Positions 46,899 to 64,000 of a stretch of DNA of 64,000 nt are shown one piece after another; position 1 is the first letter of the stretch, and each line of letters starts with the position of its first letter. This DNA is from Eledone cirrhosa (Eukaryota): the NCBI GenBank assembly GCA_964016885.1, contig OZ024755.1, forward strand, positions 40,238,001 through 40,302,000, in the 5' to 3' direction. A program made the position numbers and the translations under genes. A model generated the notes under the pieces. That model searched no databases. It was given only the letters and a program-made list of their open reading frames with translations, and was not told where the DNA came from.

Positions 46899-46915
46899 TA
46901 TACATATATATATAC

Positions 46916-46965
<50 letters not shown>

Positions 46966-47165
46966 ATATATATATATGTACATATGTATAGATTTATATA
47001 TATATATATGTACATATATATATAGATATGTGTGTATATATATATATAGAGAGAGAGAGATGTACATATATATATAGATATGTGTGTATATATATATATA
47101 TATAGATGTACATATATATATATATATAGAAAGATTTGAATGGATACAGTTTAGTTGAAAGGAAT

Positions 47166-47285
47166 TTATTGACACGTGTTTCTATAACAGTTACATAACC
47201 TAAAACAGCTGCTATCTACAAACTTTTAGTTATGCAGACATTCAATATTTCAATGTTATTATTTACTGTCATTTCATCAGAATAA
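47166..47285 (-). ncRNA. Type I hammerhead with ~90-nt extended stem II, intact core, GUC site
   Basis: Reverse complement: ttatt CTGATGA a atgacag...ctgttat a GAAA cacgtg TC aataa. Confidence 0.78.
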
Positions 47286-47853
47286 TATTACTGAGGACCT
47301 ATTTAGTTTTTATAGAGAATATTAGGAGGGAGGGGTGAAGTTGTTAGAAGAATAGTTGGAGGAGTGGTTTTTCGATAGCAGTGAGAATTCTTGGTGGCAG
47401 TGAGTAATTAGATTCCCATCTGTTGTTTTGACATTTTTTATAGAATATATTATTGGTTATTTTTCTAAATCTATAGAAGGATTAGAGATAGTAAAGATAT
47501 GCGTGGTTGGTTTTGTGTTTGCACTTAATTAACATTCAGACTTAAATTTTTCTTTCAAGTGTACGTATCCTTTCACCCACGCATTCTTACACACATATAT
47601 TTGCACACCTCTACAAAATACATATACTCACAATTCACATATTCATACTTACATATATATATACACATGCATACACATATATATACACACATGTATTCAT
47701 GTACATACATACGCGCTCATGTGTATACATTTTCATACTCAACTTATCTTTATATACACACGTATAGACATACACATATATACATACATACTCTAGTCCA
47801 TGTGTACACACATACACATACATACACATCTATATACACATACATACATACAT

Positions 47854-47950
<97 letters not shown>

Positions 47951-48882
47951 CACTTTAATACATGAATACACTTACATCTAACTATACACATCAAACATAT
48001 ATATATATTTACTTATTTATATACATTTTCACATATATATACATACTTATGGACGTTTTTAGACACATTCATTATCGCATATTTGCACCTATTCTCATCA
48101 GCATATCTTTCCATTATTAGTGTGGTAATTTAAGGTTATTAATATATGTTGAGAAGAGATTGTTTTTATATTTTTCTAACTAGATTAAGGTTTATATAGT
48201 TGGGGGATGTCCCTCTTTTATGTAATATTCGGCTTGTAGTGGGAAAAAAGGGTTTTAGTTCTGTGACGGCAGAATAATGTTCGTTCAATTCTGTTATTCA
48301 GCAGTTTCTTCTTGTGTGTGATTATGTAATAAATCTCAAGATTACACAATTTGCAGAAATTTTGGCTCCTGGAAAAGCTTTGGGTTTTAGCTAATTTTTC
48401 CCATTTTAGGGTAAACTTTTGATCGCTATCCCTGAGCGTCCAAGTTTTTTCTTCTAAAGTTGTTACATTTCTTTGGCTCTGGTGTTTTATTGAGTAAGAA
48501 TGCCTATACAATCGAGATTTAAACGATGTTGCCGTTGATCCCACGTAATACCACTCGTTGCCTCCGGATTTAATGGTACACTTATAAATAATATTTTTTT
48601 CCAGGCAGTTATTGCCGAGGCGGCAGTTGTCAGGATAGGTGCAGTTACAGTTGTGTACGTTGGGTTTTCTCTGGAGTAGTATTGCGGACGAACTTAGGTG
48701 TGGTTTATTTATGTTCTGTAGTGTATTGTCTACTGTTTTTTTTGTGTTCTTTGTACTTAAGTTCTTAGTGTTTTCGTTTAACCTTCTAGTATTGATCTTT
48801 TTTATGTGTTGTTCAAGGTTTAACGCTGTAGAGTATGACAGTCTTATAGTGGTAGGGTTTAGGATTTTGTGGTATTTTGTGG

Positions 48883-49002
48883 TTATTCTGATGAAATGAC
48901 AGTAAATAATAACATTGAAATATTGAATGTCTGCATAACTAAAAGTTTGTAGATAGCAGCTGTTTTAGGTTATGTAACTGTTATAGAAACATGTGTCAAT
49001 AA
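48883..49002 (+). ncRNA. Type I hammerhead with ~90-nt extended stem II, intact core
   Basis: ttatt CTGATGA a atgacag...ctgttat a GAAA catgtg TC aataa. Confidence 0.78.
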
Positions 49003-49149
49003 ATTCCTTTCAACTAAACTGTATCCATTCAAATCTTTCTATTTTTCTCCGGATTACTTTTGGAACTACAACTGGAACCGTCGAGCAAACTCTACGTGAG
49101 CTGATAATCTACTGTGTGTAATATTTATATTACAACACAACGGAAAATA

Positions 49150-49242
<93 letters not shown>

Positions 49243-49297
49243 GATATGTACATATGTATATATGTATATATATATATATATGTACATATATATATAG

Positions 49298-49340
<43 letters not shown>

Positions 49341-49351
49341 TATATATATAG

Positions 49352-49394
<43 letters not shown>

Positions 49395-49405
49395 TATATA
49401 TATAG

Positions 49406-49437
<32 letters not shown>

Positions 49438-49453
49438 GTACAAATATATATAG

Positions 49454-49514
<61 letters not shown>

Positions 49515-49920
49515 AATACTGCAGGTAGCACATGGATAACATGTAATAAATAAGTCCCTCATCAGTGATTTGCCGAAGATCATAGATATTTCATTGCATT
49601 AAAAATCATATATCTCACTTCGGTGCAATAATAACCAAAATAAGTTATTAGGACAATTAAAACGCGTAAAGCGAGTGAGACAGGAGAACAACAGAAAATA
49701 TAGCATACCGTAGGGGAGAAACAAGCTTCAAAAATTATTCTGTTTAGCGTAAGCTAGGTGAATATATGAGCGCTTAGAGAATAGAACCTACACGAACGAG
49801 GGCTATGAGCAGAGAGAGAAAAAATAGCGTTCGTGAGTGCAGGATGAAATGAAGAGAAGAGGGAGAAAAACAGTGAGTGAGTGAAAGTGTGAGGAAGAGT
49901 TAACGGACAAGACAGAGGGG

Positions 49921-49958
<38 letters not shown>

Positions 49959-49969
49959 TATATATATAG

Positions 49970-50029
<60 letters not shown>

Positions 50030-50035
<6 letters not shown>

Positions 50036-51581
50036 AAGATGAATATAAAATGAAAGTGCTTTTTTTTAAAAAGGAATTTATTAGGTATTGACATATGTTT
50101 CTGTAACAGACGGAATACCTATGTATCGCTGCTTGCGTAATCCTATAATTGTTTCTACTTTTGGCACAAGGCCAGTAAATAACCAGTACATTACTGGTAT
50201 TTTATTTTATCGACCCCGTAAGGATGAAAGGCAAAGTTAACCTCGGCGGGATTTGAACTCAGATCGTAAAGGGACGTAACTATGCTGCAAAGCATGGTGT
50301 CCGACTCTCTACCGATACTGCCAATTCACCGTTAGCAAGTATTCGATAGCAAATGTATAATCAGTTGTCACTTCTTCAGAGATATTGGATAAATTGGAAA
50401 AAAATCAGAAAAATTGAAGTATTTATATTAGTTGTAATAAAGGAATAAGAAAGGGGATAGTATATGACAGATGGCAATTCTATTTACTGGTAAACAAGTA
50501 TATAAAGGGCTTCTAATGAGAATATGGTATATGGTTTAATTTATCTAAATAAGAATTTTTGGGAGTGCTTATTTTAATCTATACTTGACCAATTGAAGAA
50601 TGGACAGGGCTGGTCGTTTGGTGTAGTAGTATTAATTATAAAGTGTCAATTAAGGAAGAGGGAGATTTTCACTGCTACTGAATAACAACAATGCTGGTAG
50701 CCTGCTGGTATATGCATTAGGGATTGAATTAAGAAATCTCATTTTATCTATAGCAGTTTATATTAAATGGTAAAGAATAGAAGAGTTGATAGAATTAGGA
50801 CTAATAGAGAATGTTAATATGTATTTTGACAATCTAACGGAGATGGAGACAGGCGTTCAATCCTGGTAGCGTTTGTAATATGAAAATGTAGATTTCAAGC
50901 GATGGTTACAGTATAACGATCGCTCTATTCTATTATTTAATAAAATATTTTTGGATTTCATAATACAAAATAATTCCATATTACATAATTTACAAAATTC
51001 CTGTCCGTGGGGATTGGGAGGGGCAGACCCAATTATATCCCATTTTAGGTTAAATTGTTGGTTATTTTCGCGCAGCTGCCAAGCCTTGTCTGCGAGTGTT
51101 GTTACATAACTCTGGTTTTCATGTTTTATCGAGTAACGATGTCTATAAAGGCGAGATTTGAAGGAGGTGGCCTCATTAGAAACCCTTTATATACTTGTTT
51201 ACCAGTAAATAGAATTGCCATCTGTCATATACTATCCCCTCTCTTCTTCCTTTATTACAACTAATATAAATACTTCAATTTTTCTGATTTTTTCCAATTT
51301 ATCCAATATCTCTGAAGAAGTGACAACTGATTATATATTTGCTATCGAATACTTGCTAACATTATATGATTACGCAAGCAGCGATACCTAGGTATTCCGT
51401 CTGTTACAGAAACATATGTCAATACCTAATAAATTCCTTTTTAAAAAAAAGCACTTTCATTTTATATTCATCTTTTCTACATTTTCTCCGGAATATAATT
51501 ATACTCGTTGAGCAAACCTACACGTACGCTGTTCATCTCTAACGTGACGATATATTATCACTACATTATTGATAACCTGAA

Positions 51582-51590
<9 letters not shown>
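50030..51590. mobile_element. Outward-facing inverted pLTR pair (50030-50525 minus; 51170-51590 plus) with long-stem-II hammerheads (50086-50384 interrupted; 51307-51424)
   Basis: tatct CTGAAGA a gtgaca...tgttac a GAAA catatg TC aata; tail resembles 49003-49110 (AAATTCCTTT...TTTCTA..TTTTCTCCGGA...TCGAGCAAAC/TTGAGCAAAC). Confidence 0.8.
50150..50330 (-). mobile_element. tRNA-derived SINE inserted into a pLTR hammerhead
   Basis: Minus: TGGCAGTATCGG (A-box-like), GAGTTCAAATCCC (B box), GAGGTTAACTTTGCCTTTCATCCTTACGGGGTCGATAAAA; absent from the sister arm at ~51360. Confidence 0.85.
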
Positions 51591-51650
<60 letters not shown>

Positions 51651-51977
51651 CATATATACATATAATATATATATACACATATTCAGACAGAGTTATGGAT
51701 ATGGAACTGTTTACCGGAATCTTCATCTCATTAACTCATGCAATGCTCGACGATTTGATAAACATACCCCCCCCCCAATATATATATATATATATATAAA
51801 TGTATACGTATATATATGTATATATATATATATATATACATATACATACATGTATATATATACACACACACAGACAAATGAATAGATAGCTGTATATATA
51901 TATATATATATACACACACAGACAAATGAATAGATAGCTATATGATATATATATATACACACACACACACACAAATG

Positions 51978-52047
<70 letters not shown>

Positions 52048-52062
52048 GACACAGACAAACGA

Positions 52063-52095
<33 letters not shown>

Positions 52096-52376
52096 AAGAG
52101 AGTGGGGGAGGCTGAGGTTAAATTAGTAGAAACAAGCTACCGCCCGTGGGGAGAAGCACGGCTAACAATATCATTGATAACATTCATCATCATCATCAAC
52201 GACAACTAGGACATTAACAATAACAACTAAAATAATTAGTCAGAATTTCTTAATAACTGTGGAAACAATACATACACAAACACATACATTATATGTATAC
52301 ACTCACGCGCACGCACACACACTCACACACACATATATATACATATATACATATAAAGAAATCTATATATTTTTAT

Positions 52377-52453
<77 letters not shown>

Positions 52454-52549
52454 TTTATATATATATATATATATCTTCATTTATATATATATATACATAT
52501 GTGTGTGTATATATATAAATATATATATATATATACATATATATATGAG

Positions 52550-52589
<40 letters not shown>

Positions 52590-52604
52590 GGTGTGTTTCT
52601 GTGT

Positions 52605-52730
52605 GTAACAGTGTGTGTGACAGTGTGTATATATATATGTGTGTGTGTGACAGTTTGTGTGACAGTGTGTATATATATATGTGTGTGTGTGACAGTTTGT
52701 GTGACAGTGTGTATATATATGTGTGTGACA

Positions 52731-52769
<39 letters not shown>

Positions 52770-52791
52770 GTTGGTGACAGTTTGTGTGACA

Positions 52792-52832
<41 letters not shown>

Positions 52833-52985
52833 GTGTGTGTGTGTGACAGTTTATATATATATATATGTGTATATCAGTTTGTGTGACAGTGTATGTATAT
52901 ATATGTATATATGTGTGTGACAGTTTTTGTGACAGTGTTTGTATATATATATATGTGTATGTCAGTTTGTGTGACAGTGTATATA
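52605..52985. repeat. GTGTGACAGT(TT/GT)-type compound micro/minisatellite
   Basis: Repeated GTGTGACAGTTTGTGTGACAGTGTGTATATA units. Confidence 0.8.
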
Positions 52986-53134
52986 TGTATATATAAACAA
53001 TTGCAAACCAATAAATAACAAAAATAATATAACATATATAAAAATGGCGTATATAGTCAGTTAGTGTGAGTTCCATATGTAACAATATATGAGAGAATAG
53101 CTAGGAATGGTGGCGTGGAGTAAGATGAGGAAGG

Positions 53135-53204
<70 letters not shown>

Positions 53205-53339
53205 TATATACATATATATATATATGTGTGTGTGTGTGTTTATATATATAGTTGAAAATGAACGAACACAACACAGGAGGCAATTGTACACAGTTACAAT
53301 AGGTTCACACTTAGTGGGAATATATATATATGATATGGA

Positions 53340-53453
<114 letters not shown>

Positions 53454-53816
53454 GGTGGCGGTGAATGAAATCTCGTCAACAAGAAAACTTTAGATAATTG
53501 TGTGAATATATACAGTGAGAATAATTAACGAGACGACAGTTAACGGACATTATGTGTTCTATTATTCCTTCATTCATTTATACCAATATTCATTTCAATC
53601 ACCACAAGTGCAGAATATGACAGGAAAATACACAGAATGAGAATATTTTTATTATGTTATTATTTTAGTGTTTTCGGTAGTTAGACTGCGACCATTCTAG
53701 GGCAACACCATGATGTCATTGTATACAACACATTGATGGCTCAGAGTCCTTTTATTTTACAAATCTGGTACCTATATTCTGCATCACTATTTGTCGAATA
53801 AATAGATGAATAATTT

Positions 53817-53908
53817 GGGGAGGGGGGAAGTGGATTGTTTGACTTCAGTAGATGACTGGTATTTCATTTTATCAACCCCTCCAAGTTGACCTCGCCCGGA
53901 TTTGAAAA
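53817..53908 (-). mobile_element. Degenerate SINE fragment (family of 50150-50330)
   Basis: GACTGGTATTTCATTTTATCAACCCC...AAGTTGACCTCGCCCGGATTTGAA matches 50193-50257. Confidence 0.65.
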
Positions 53909-53974
53909 CAGTCCGTAAACAAAAGTGAGAAAATAACACAACTACAACACCGTATACCCTATAATTTGAATACA

Positions 53975-55793
<1,819 letters not shown>

Positions 55794-56006
55794 ATATTTG
55801 GGGAGGGTCATATTTGCGTAATATTGCCAGAATTAATAACAGAACACACTCACTGTTTGGTTGGTTTTCGCTTCTCGCTGTCTTTTATATATATATATCT
55901 GCGATCTAACTTACTCGGTCCTCAATGTTGCCATTGACTGACCGGCGGTCAAAAATAATACAGATACAATATAGACAAACACATATATATATAGTTTACA
56001 TAATTT

Positions 56007-56046
56007 ACATAAATCTTTCGTTGCACATCTGCAACATCGTCAGTGG
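56007..56046 (-). ncRNA. Minimal hammerhead in family B pLTR
   Basis: Reverse complement: cca CTGACGA t gttgca gatg tgcaac GAAA gatt TA tgt; core intact, stem I weak. Confidence 0.6.
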
Positions 56047-56315
56047 TGTTATATTCATTGTTCCTCCTGTTGTGTTGTATGTCTACGCCATTTTTTTTGT
56101 TCAGTCTGTCTATATATTTATTTATTTATTTGCTTGTTTGTTTATCTTGTTTTATTTTGTCTTCTTTGCGCATGCGTTTGCGTGTGTGTATAGTGTTATG
56201 TGTGATGTGTGACTAGTGTGTATAGTGTTGTGTCTGCTGGGTGACTAGTGTGTGTTTATGTGCTTGTGTATGTATTTATTTATCTTATTTTATTTTATTT
56301 AATTTACTTATTTAT

Positions 56316-57690
56316 TTATACTTCTCTTAGGTCAGTGTTGTTGTTGTTCCACTCATTCTTTCTGTTTAGCTTTGGTCTTCTAATTTCTATTTCACTGGCC
56401 TCTCTGATTTGCCTATCTGCTGGGTCATTCCTATGTTTAGATATTATTCTAATTTCTATGTTGTCTATGTTACCGTCATGTTGTTGTCTAGCATGTTCGT
56501 ATAGTACTGACCCGTTTTTTCGTCCTTTTAGTTCCCCCCAGTGTTGGTCTATCCTTTCACCTATGCTACGAGCTGTCTCACCTATGTATGTTGTTGTCGT
56601 GTTTCTGCAAGTACCCTCTGTACATCTTATGCTATAGACTACGTTTCTAGTTTTACAGTTTATCCGGGGGTTCACCTTACATATGATACATTTCCTATTG
56701 GTACAGTGGGTTTTCTTAAAAGGGTAGGTTTTGCTGATCAGGGATTTTATGGTGGTTCCTGGCTTTTCTACCACCTTTATTTTTAAGTGGGTCTTTCTCA
56801 GGGCCTTTCTACACTGGTTAGCTAATTTCCCTCCAGGGGTGGCGTCCACAAACATGACACTCTGATATCTCTGGTTGTCGTACCATGATGTGGCCTTCCC
56901 TATCTTATGTCTAGCCCTATCTAAGCTATTCCATGATTTGCTCCTGTATAGTGGGCAAATTCCTTTCATGTCCAGTTCTATGAGGGTCTTATACTTTTCC
57001 ATGGCTCCTTCGTATACTCTGACTCTGTCTCTTTGGTTGTAGCCAGAGAACTGCATGCGGTTGATGAAGTGTTGGATGTGTCCTTCCATTTCTGTTGGGT
57101 CGCACATGCTGGACACATTCTTCATCACTCGTACCAAATCTGCGATCAGAATATTAAACTTAGCACTACTGGACATTGCTGAGTTTTTGAGTATCAGGTA
57201 TTTGGAGGCCATGGGTTTAGCATAGTGTGAGTGGAGAATTTGGGCTCTCTCGTCTATAGTGTTAATCCAGAGTTCTGTGTCTAATACAGGTAGTCTATTG
57301 TTAGGGTGTTTGGAAGGGAAGTCTATAGTTACAGTTATACTCTGGTGTATGGAATTAGCTATCTGCTGGATGCTTTCCATCGTGCTACGTTCTAAATCAA
57401 ACTTGTTAGTGCTCTCTAGTGGGGGTGTTCTTATAGTTATATTGATATCGTCTACATAACGAGAGTACATGATGAGGTCTATGGAGCTTTCATTAAGGAG
57501 ATCTTTAAGTCTCCTTTCCCACCATACCATGAAAAGGTTGGCAACATCACCAGCTATGCTGACGCCGATGGCTGCTCCCTCATTTTGGGTGTAGATTTTC
57601 TCATTGAACTTAAATATGTGGCCCTTTAGGGTAGTTTTGATACTAGCCCCTATTGCATGTGCGACCATTTTTCTTACCTGATCAGTGTTT
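56316..57690 (-). CDS. Penelope polyprotein fragment: RT (YSRYVDD) + thumb + Cys-rich linker + GIY-YIG, uninterrupted
   Basis: [52 protein letters not shown]...C, NVVYSIRC...YIGETARS...R..QH; the N-terminal residues of the tracked ORF come from the inverted tail. Confidence 0.88.
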
Positions 57691-57769
57691 CCCAAATATC
57701 CCCAAATATAACAATATGTTTCGACACACGATTTCATATAAAAAACCTCGCAAAACTAATTCATCGCCG

Positions 57770-58042
<273 letters not shown>

Positions 58043-58044
58043 TG

Positions 58045-58380
<336 letters not shown>

Positions 58381-58424
58381 TGTATATATATATATATATA
58401 TATATACATATATATATGTATATA

Positions 58425-58547
<123 letters not shown>

Positions 58548-58548
58548 G

Positions 58549-58580
<32 letters not shown>

Positions 58581-58628
58581 TATGTATATGTATATATGTA
58601 TATATATATGTATATACATATATGTATA

Positions 58629-58671
<43 letters not shown>

Positions 58672-59117
58672 GTATATATATGTATATATATATATATTTA
58701 TATATATATATGTGTATATATATATATTTATAGAGTAGAGTAACGACGGAAGTATAGTGACTGCTTTCAAGCAAACACTATATACACTTCTAGTCAACCT
58801 TACCACCCCTCTGTAGTCTATGTATAAAGAAAAAAATAGGTATATTGTATCTACTATTCCTTTTTATAATATTTTACATAACTCTGATATTGTGTCAATT
58901 TAATTATTTCGATTATTTTGTCTCTCATAATCATAGAGTAACACTGGTTAAGGTCGACAACATACTATCTCACATACTTGTGAAAAATATATGTTTATAT
59001 ATACATGTATATGTATGTATACACATATATTTGTATACCTCTCATTATATGTATATATATATATGTATATATTTATATATATGTATATATATATATGTAT
59101 ATATATATATACATATG

Positions 59118-59181
<64 letters not shown>

Positions 59182-59189
59182 CATATATC

Positions 59190-59220
<31 letters not shown>

Positions 59221-59263
59221 TATATATATATATATATTATACATATATATATATATATGTAAA

Positions 59264-59315
<52 letters not shown>

Positions 59316-59321
59316 CATATT

Positions 59322-59443
<122 letters not shown>

Positions 59444-59761
59444 ACGTTACAAGTGAGACACAAACAAGGAATACAGTTATACCTTCGGAGGAAATGTTAA
59501 GATAATAAGAAAGAGCTGTAGGTTGTAACTATTTAATTTGATTTTGAAAGGAAGAAATTGAAAAGATATGAGAGTAGTTTATGGTGATTGTTATCTAAAC
59601 AGATGAAAATATTGATAATACATGGGGAGATTATTAAATATATATATATATATATATTGAAGAGTTAAACAAATTTCAATGAGTATATCAAAGAATGAGT
59701 TTTACAGTAGATTGGAAGCACTCAACGGTAAAAATTATTTTCCGGAGTTATTAATATTAAA

Positions 59762-59985
59762 ATATAAATATTAATAAAATAGATGTTCTTTTGATCAATT
59801 ACATTTTATTATACATATTTCGGATGTACACATTGATTAAATATTAACCATTTAACATCTCAGGGTATGTCATATATCATTATATTTTGTCTGATGAGGA
59901 CGTACTGGTGTACATCCGAAATATGTATAATAAAATGTAATTGATCAAAAGAACATCTATTTTAATAATATTTATATTCTAATAT
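59762..59985. mobile_element. Short inverted pLTR pair with intact hammerhead at 59884-59936 (+)
   Basis: attttgt CTGATGA gga cgtac tggt gtac a tcc GAAA tatgta TA ataaaat; 59762-59831 is the reverse complement of 59908-59978. Confidence 0.85.
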
Positions 59986-60025
59986 ATATATTGGAAAATG
60001 TGTGTAATCCTTGGTACAGTTAGGT

Positions 60026-61603
<1,578 letters not shown>

Positions 61604-61628
61604 ATATATCTATATATATATCTATATA

Positions 61629-61705
<77 letters not shown>

Positions 61706-61708
61706 CTA

Positions 61709-61756
<48 letters not shown>

Positions 61757-61758
<2 letters not shown>

Positions 61759-61866
61759 TTGGAATAGAATGAAACGAAATTTCATTTCTCACTCTTAGTA
61801 CAGCACTTACTTAAATGTAAGTATGTGTGTATACGTACATACATATATGTATACAGACTAAGTAGC

Positions 61867-61917
<51 letters not shown>

Positions 61918-62413
61918 CAGGCACACATATATATATGTACGTATCAGTTTAGCGAATATTTATTATAACATTCGCTTTGTTCGTTTGTAAACAAACGGAC
62001 AGCCTGATTTATGCCGTACGGCATATCGTTTTCGGTGCGCCTGGCCGACTGAACTCACTCGATATGCAAATTAGGCTGCTCAGCCGTTAATTTTCATAAG
62101 GAAAGTATATACTTTCGAACGTTCAACCATCTGGCAGAAGGGTATACGGTACTGACGATAGCTAACAAGCTTGAAACTAGTACATCGTTCCTGTGTCAGT
62201 GTTGAACAAAAAGGTGACGTGGTTGCCTTAACACCGTACGGCATAAATCAGGCTGTCCGTTTGTTTACAAACGAACAAAGCGAATGTTATAATAAATATT
62301 CGCTAAACTGATACGGACATATATATATGTGTGCCTGCATGTATGTATATATATATATATACATGCTACTGTACGTCTGTATACATATATGTATGCACGT
62401 ATACATACATACT

Positions 62414-62474
<61 letters not shown>

Positions 62475-62875
62475 AAAAGAATGAAACGAAATTTCATTTC
62501 TCACTCTTAGTACGGCTGATACTTAAGTGTAAGTATGTATACGTACATATATATATGTATACAGACGTACAGTAGTATGTATATATATACATACATGCAC
62601 ACATATATATATGTACGTATGGGTTTACCGAACATTTATTATAATGTTCGGTTTGTTTGTAAACAAACAGCCCGAATTACGCCGTACAGTGTTTAGACAA
62701 CCATCGTCGCCTTTTTGTTCAACACTGACACAGGAACGATGTACTAGTTTCAAGCTTATTAGCTATCGTCAGCATCGTATACCTTCCTGTCAGATGATTG
62801 AACGTCTGAAAGTATATACTTTTCTCATGCATATTAACGGCTGAGTAGCCTAATGTGCAAATCGAGTGAGTTATC
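61757..62875. mobile_element. Cluster of family H4 units: minus tail 61757-62020, plus unit 62025-62420 (hammerhead 62146-62188), minus unit 62470-62875 (hammerhead 62736-62778)
   Basis: CTGACGA tagctaa(c/t)aagctt GAAA ctag TA catcgt in both; aligns with 40095-40645 and 9670-10085. Confidence 0.87.
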
Positions 62876-62890
62876 TGCTGTTAGTCGGGG

Positions 62891-63215
62891 TTAGTTGGAG
62901 ATGCAAGACATGACAGCGATAATGAGGGACAGAGACAGCTGAGATCCATGGACGAGTTCTCTCCAGCTGTCTCTGTCCCTGATTATCGCTGCCATGTCCT
63001 GCGTCTCCAATAGACCAGTGTCTGTCCTTAGGACATCAACATACCTTGGACTTCCACTTCCAGTGCGTCTATGTAGGGGTTCCCACAGGAGCACTGAGTG
63101 CAATGTCAACTCTGGATGCCGGTGAGCATGTCCAGCTAACCTCACTCTCCACTGTGTCACTTTTGAGCTGACTTTTAGGAGGCTCCCATACAGCTCTGAC
63201 TTTTTCATCCTCAGT
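62891..63215 (-). mobile_element. RTE-clade LINE 3' fragment
   Basis: RVRLAGHAHRHPE...VLLWEP...YVDVLRTDTG...DRDSWRELV; local inverted duplication at 62895-62945. Confidence 0.8.
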
Positions 63216-63224
63216 GTATACTGA

Positions 63225-63872
63225 TTAATGTTGCTATTCCATTCATGCTTTCTATTTAATTTTGGTTTGAGTTCATTTATGTTTATTGACTCTGTGATTT
63301 GTCTAAATATTGACGTAATGTTTAAAGAAATCACAGAGGCAATAAACATAAATGAACTCCAACCAAAATTAAATAGAAAGCATTAATGGAATAGCAACAT
63401 CACAACATACAATTAAGGACAAAATGAAAACACACACACACATAGAACAAACAACCAACCAGTAACATGTAAATAAACAAATAAATAAACAAATATAAAC
63501 ACACACAGACACCCGGATGTAACACATGCGCAAACTAAGCACACAACACACACAAAAACAAGATGGCGTAGGACAGAACAAAGGAGAGGCACAAAAACAA
63601 AGAAAACAATCCCCAGTCACTGAAGAGGTCACATAATATGTGACGAAAGAACTTTGACAATATATGAACAATCGTCTGGTTGTGGAACCAACCAACCAAC
63701 CGGAAATTTATAAATTCCTAAATTTATAAATTTAATTTATAATAAATTGAAGTGAAAGCAACTGGTGCGTGTGTTTCTTATTGGCAACATGACTCTCCCA
63801 AAGTATAACAATATCGGTTTCAACACACGTTTTCAGATAAAGAATCTTGCTAAACAAATTCAGAAACGAAAT
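63225..63872 (+). mobile_element. Penelope family A 3' end + pLTR with fold-back 5' inversion; hammerhead 63616-63658
   Basis: Reverse complement of 3940-4420; gtca CTGAAGA g gtcaca taata tgtgac GAAA gaac TT tgac; 63228-63300 inverted vs 63328-63400; ends in (TA)n. Confidence 0.88.
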
Positions 63873-64000
63873 ATATATATATATATTAATAAGAGGAATT
63901 CCAACTTTGTCTGATTTACTCGTTTTATTTACAATCCTTTAAAATATATATAATATGGTATTATAATGAAATAGTATGATAGAATATTAAATTCTAAGTG

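Larger units (their letters stand above)
47125..49150. mobile_element. Penelope-like element: outward-facing pLTR arms (47125-47287 minus; 48883-49150 plus) enclosing an inverted GIY-YIG fragment (48218-48880 minus)
   Basis: CNCTYPDNCRLGNNCLEKNIIYKCTI...YYVGSTATSFKSRLYRH...CKLCNLEIYYI...LLNNR...CRH; arms are reverse complements. Confidence 0.87.

Noticed and set aside
56316-57690. Selenoprotein-encoding (Naiad-type) Penelope
   Set aside because: The visible ORF has no in-frame TGA; Cys positions in the linker and GIY-YIG are TGT/TGC here and in the 4600-4740 copy; I could not identify a SECIS.

Overview
AT-rich, repeat-saturated animal genomic DNA. The tRNA-derived SINEs and the extreme (TA)n/(CA)n load suggest an octopus or other cephalopod (inference). 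I see no host protein-coding exon. The window is a nest of mobile elements: a decayed Helitron (PIF1 helicase), two Tx1/L1-like LINE 3' fragments, three RTE fragments, a near full-length CR1-group LINE whose ORF1 has a Myb/SANT-like domain plus a CCCH finger, several Penelope-like elements (RT + GIY-YIG), SINEs, an 11-kb (ACT)-derived satellite, a (CAC)-derived and a 32-bp minisatellite. The main hidden signal is non-coding. About 25 type I hammerhead ribozyme motifs (stem I-CUGANGA-stem II-GAAA-short, often palindromic stem III-UH-stem I) from more than 10 unrelated sequence families sit in Penelope pseudo-LTRs or in ORF-less units. These units are inserted in (TA)n tracts, mostly as outward-facing inverted pairs. 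Three or four families carry unusually large (~90-120 nt) structured stem II extensions. All folds were read by eye; none were computed or assayed. Most long ORFs in the supplied track are microsatellite or satellite artefacts.
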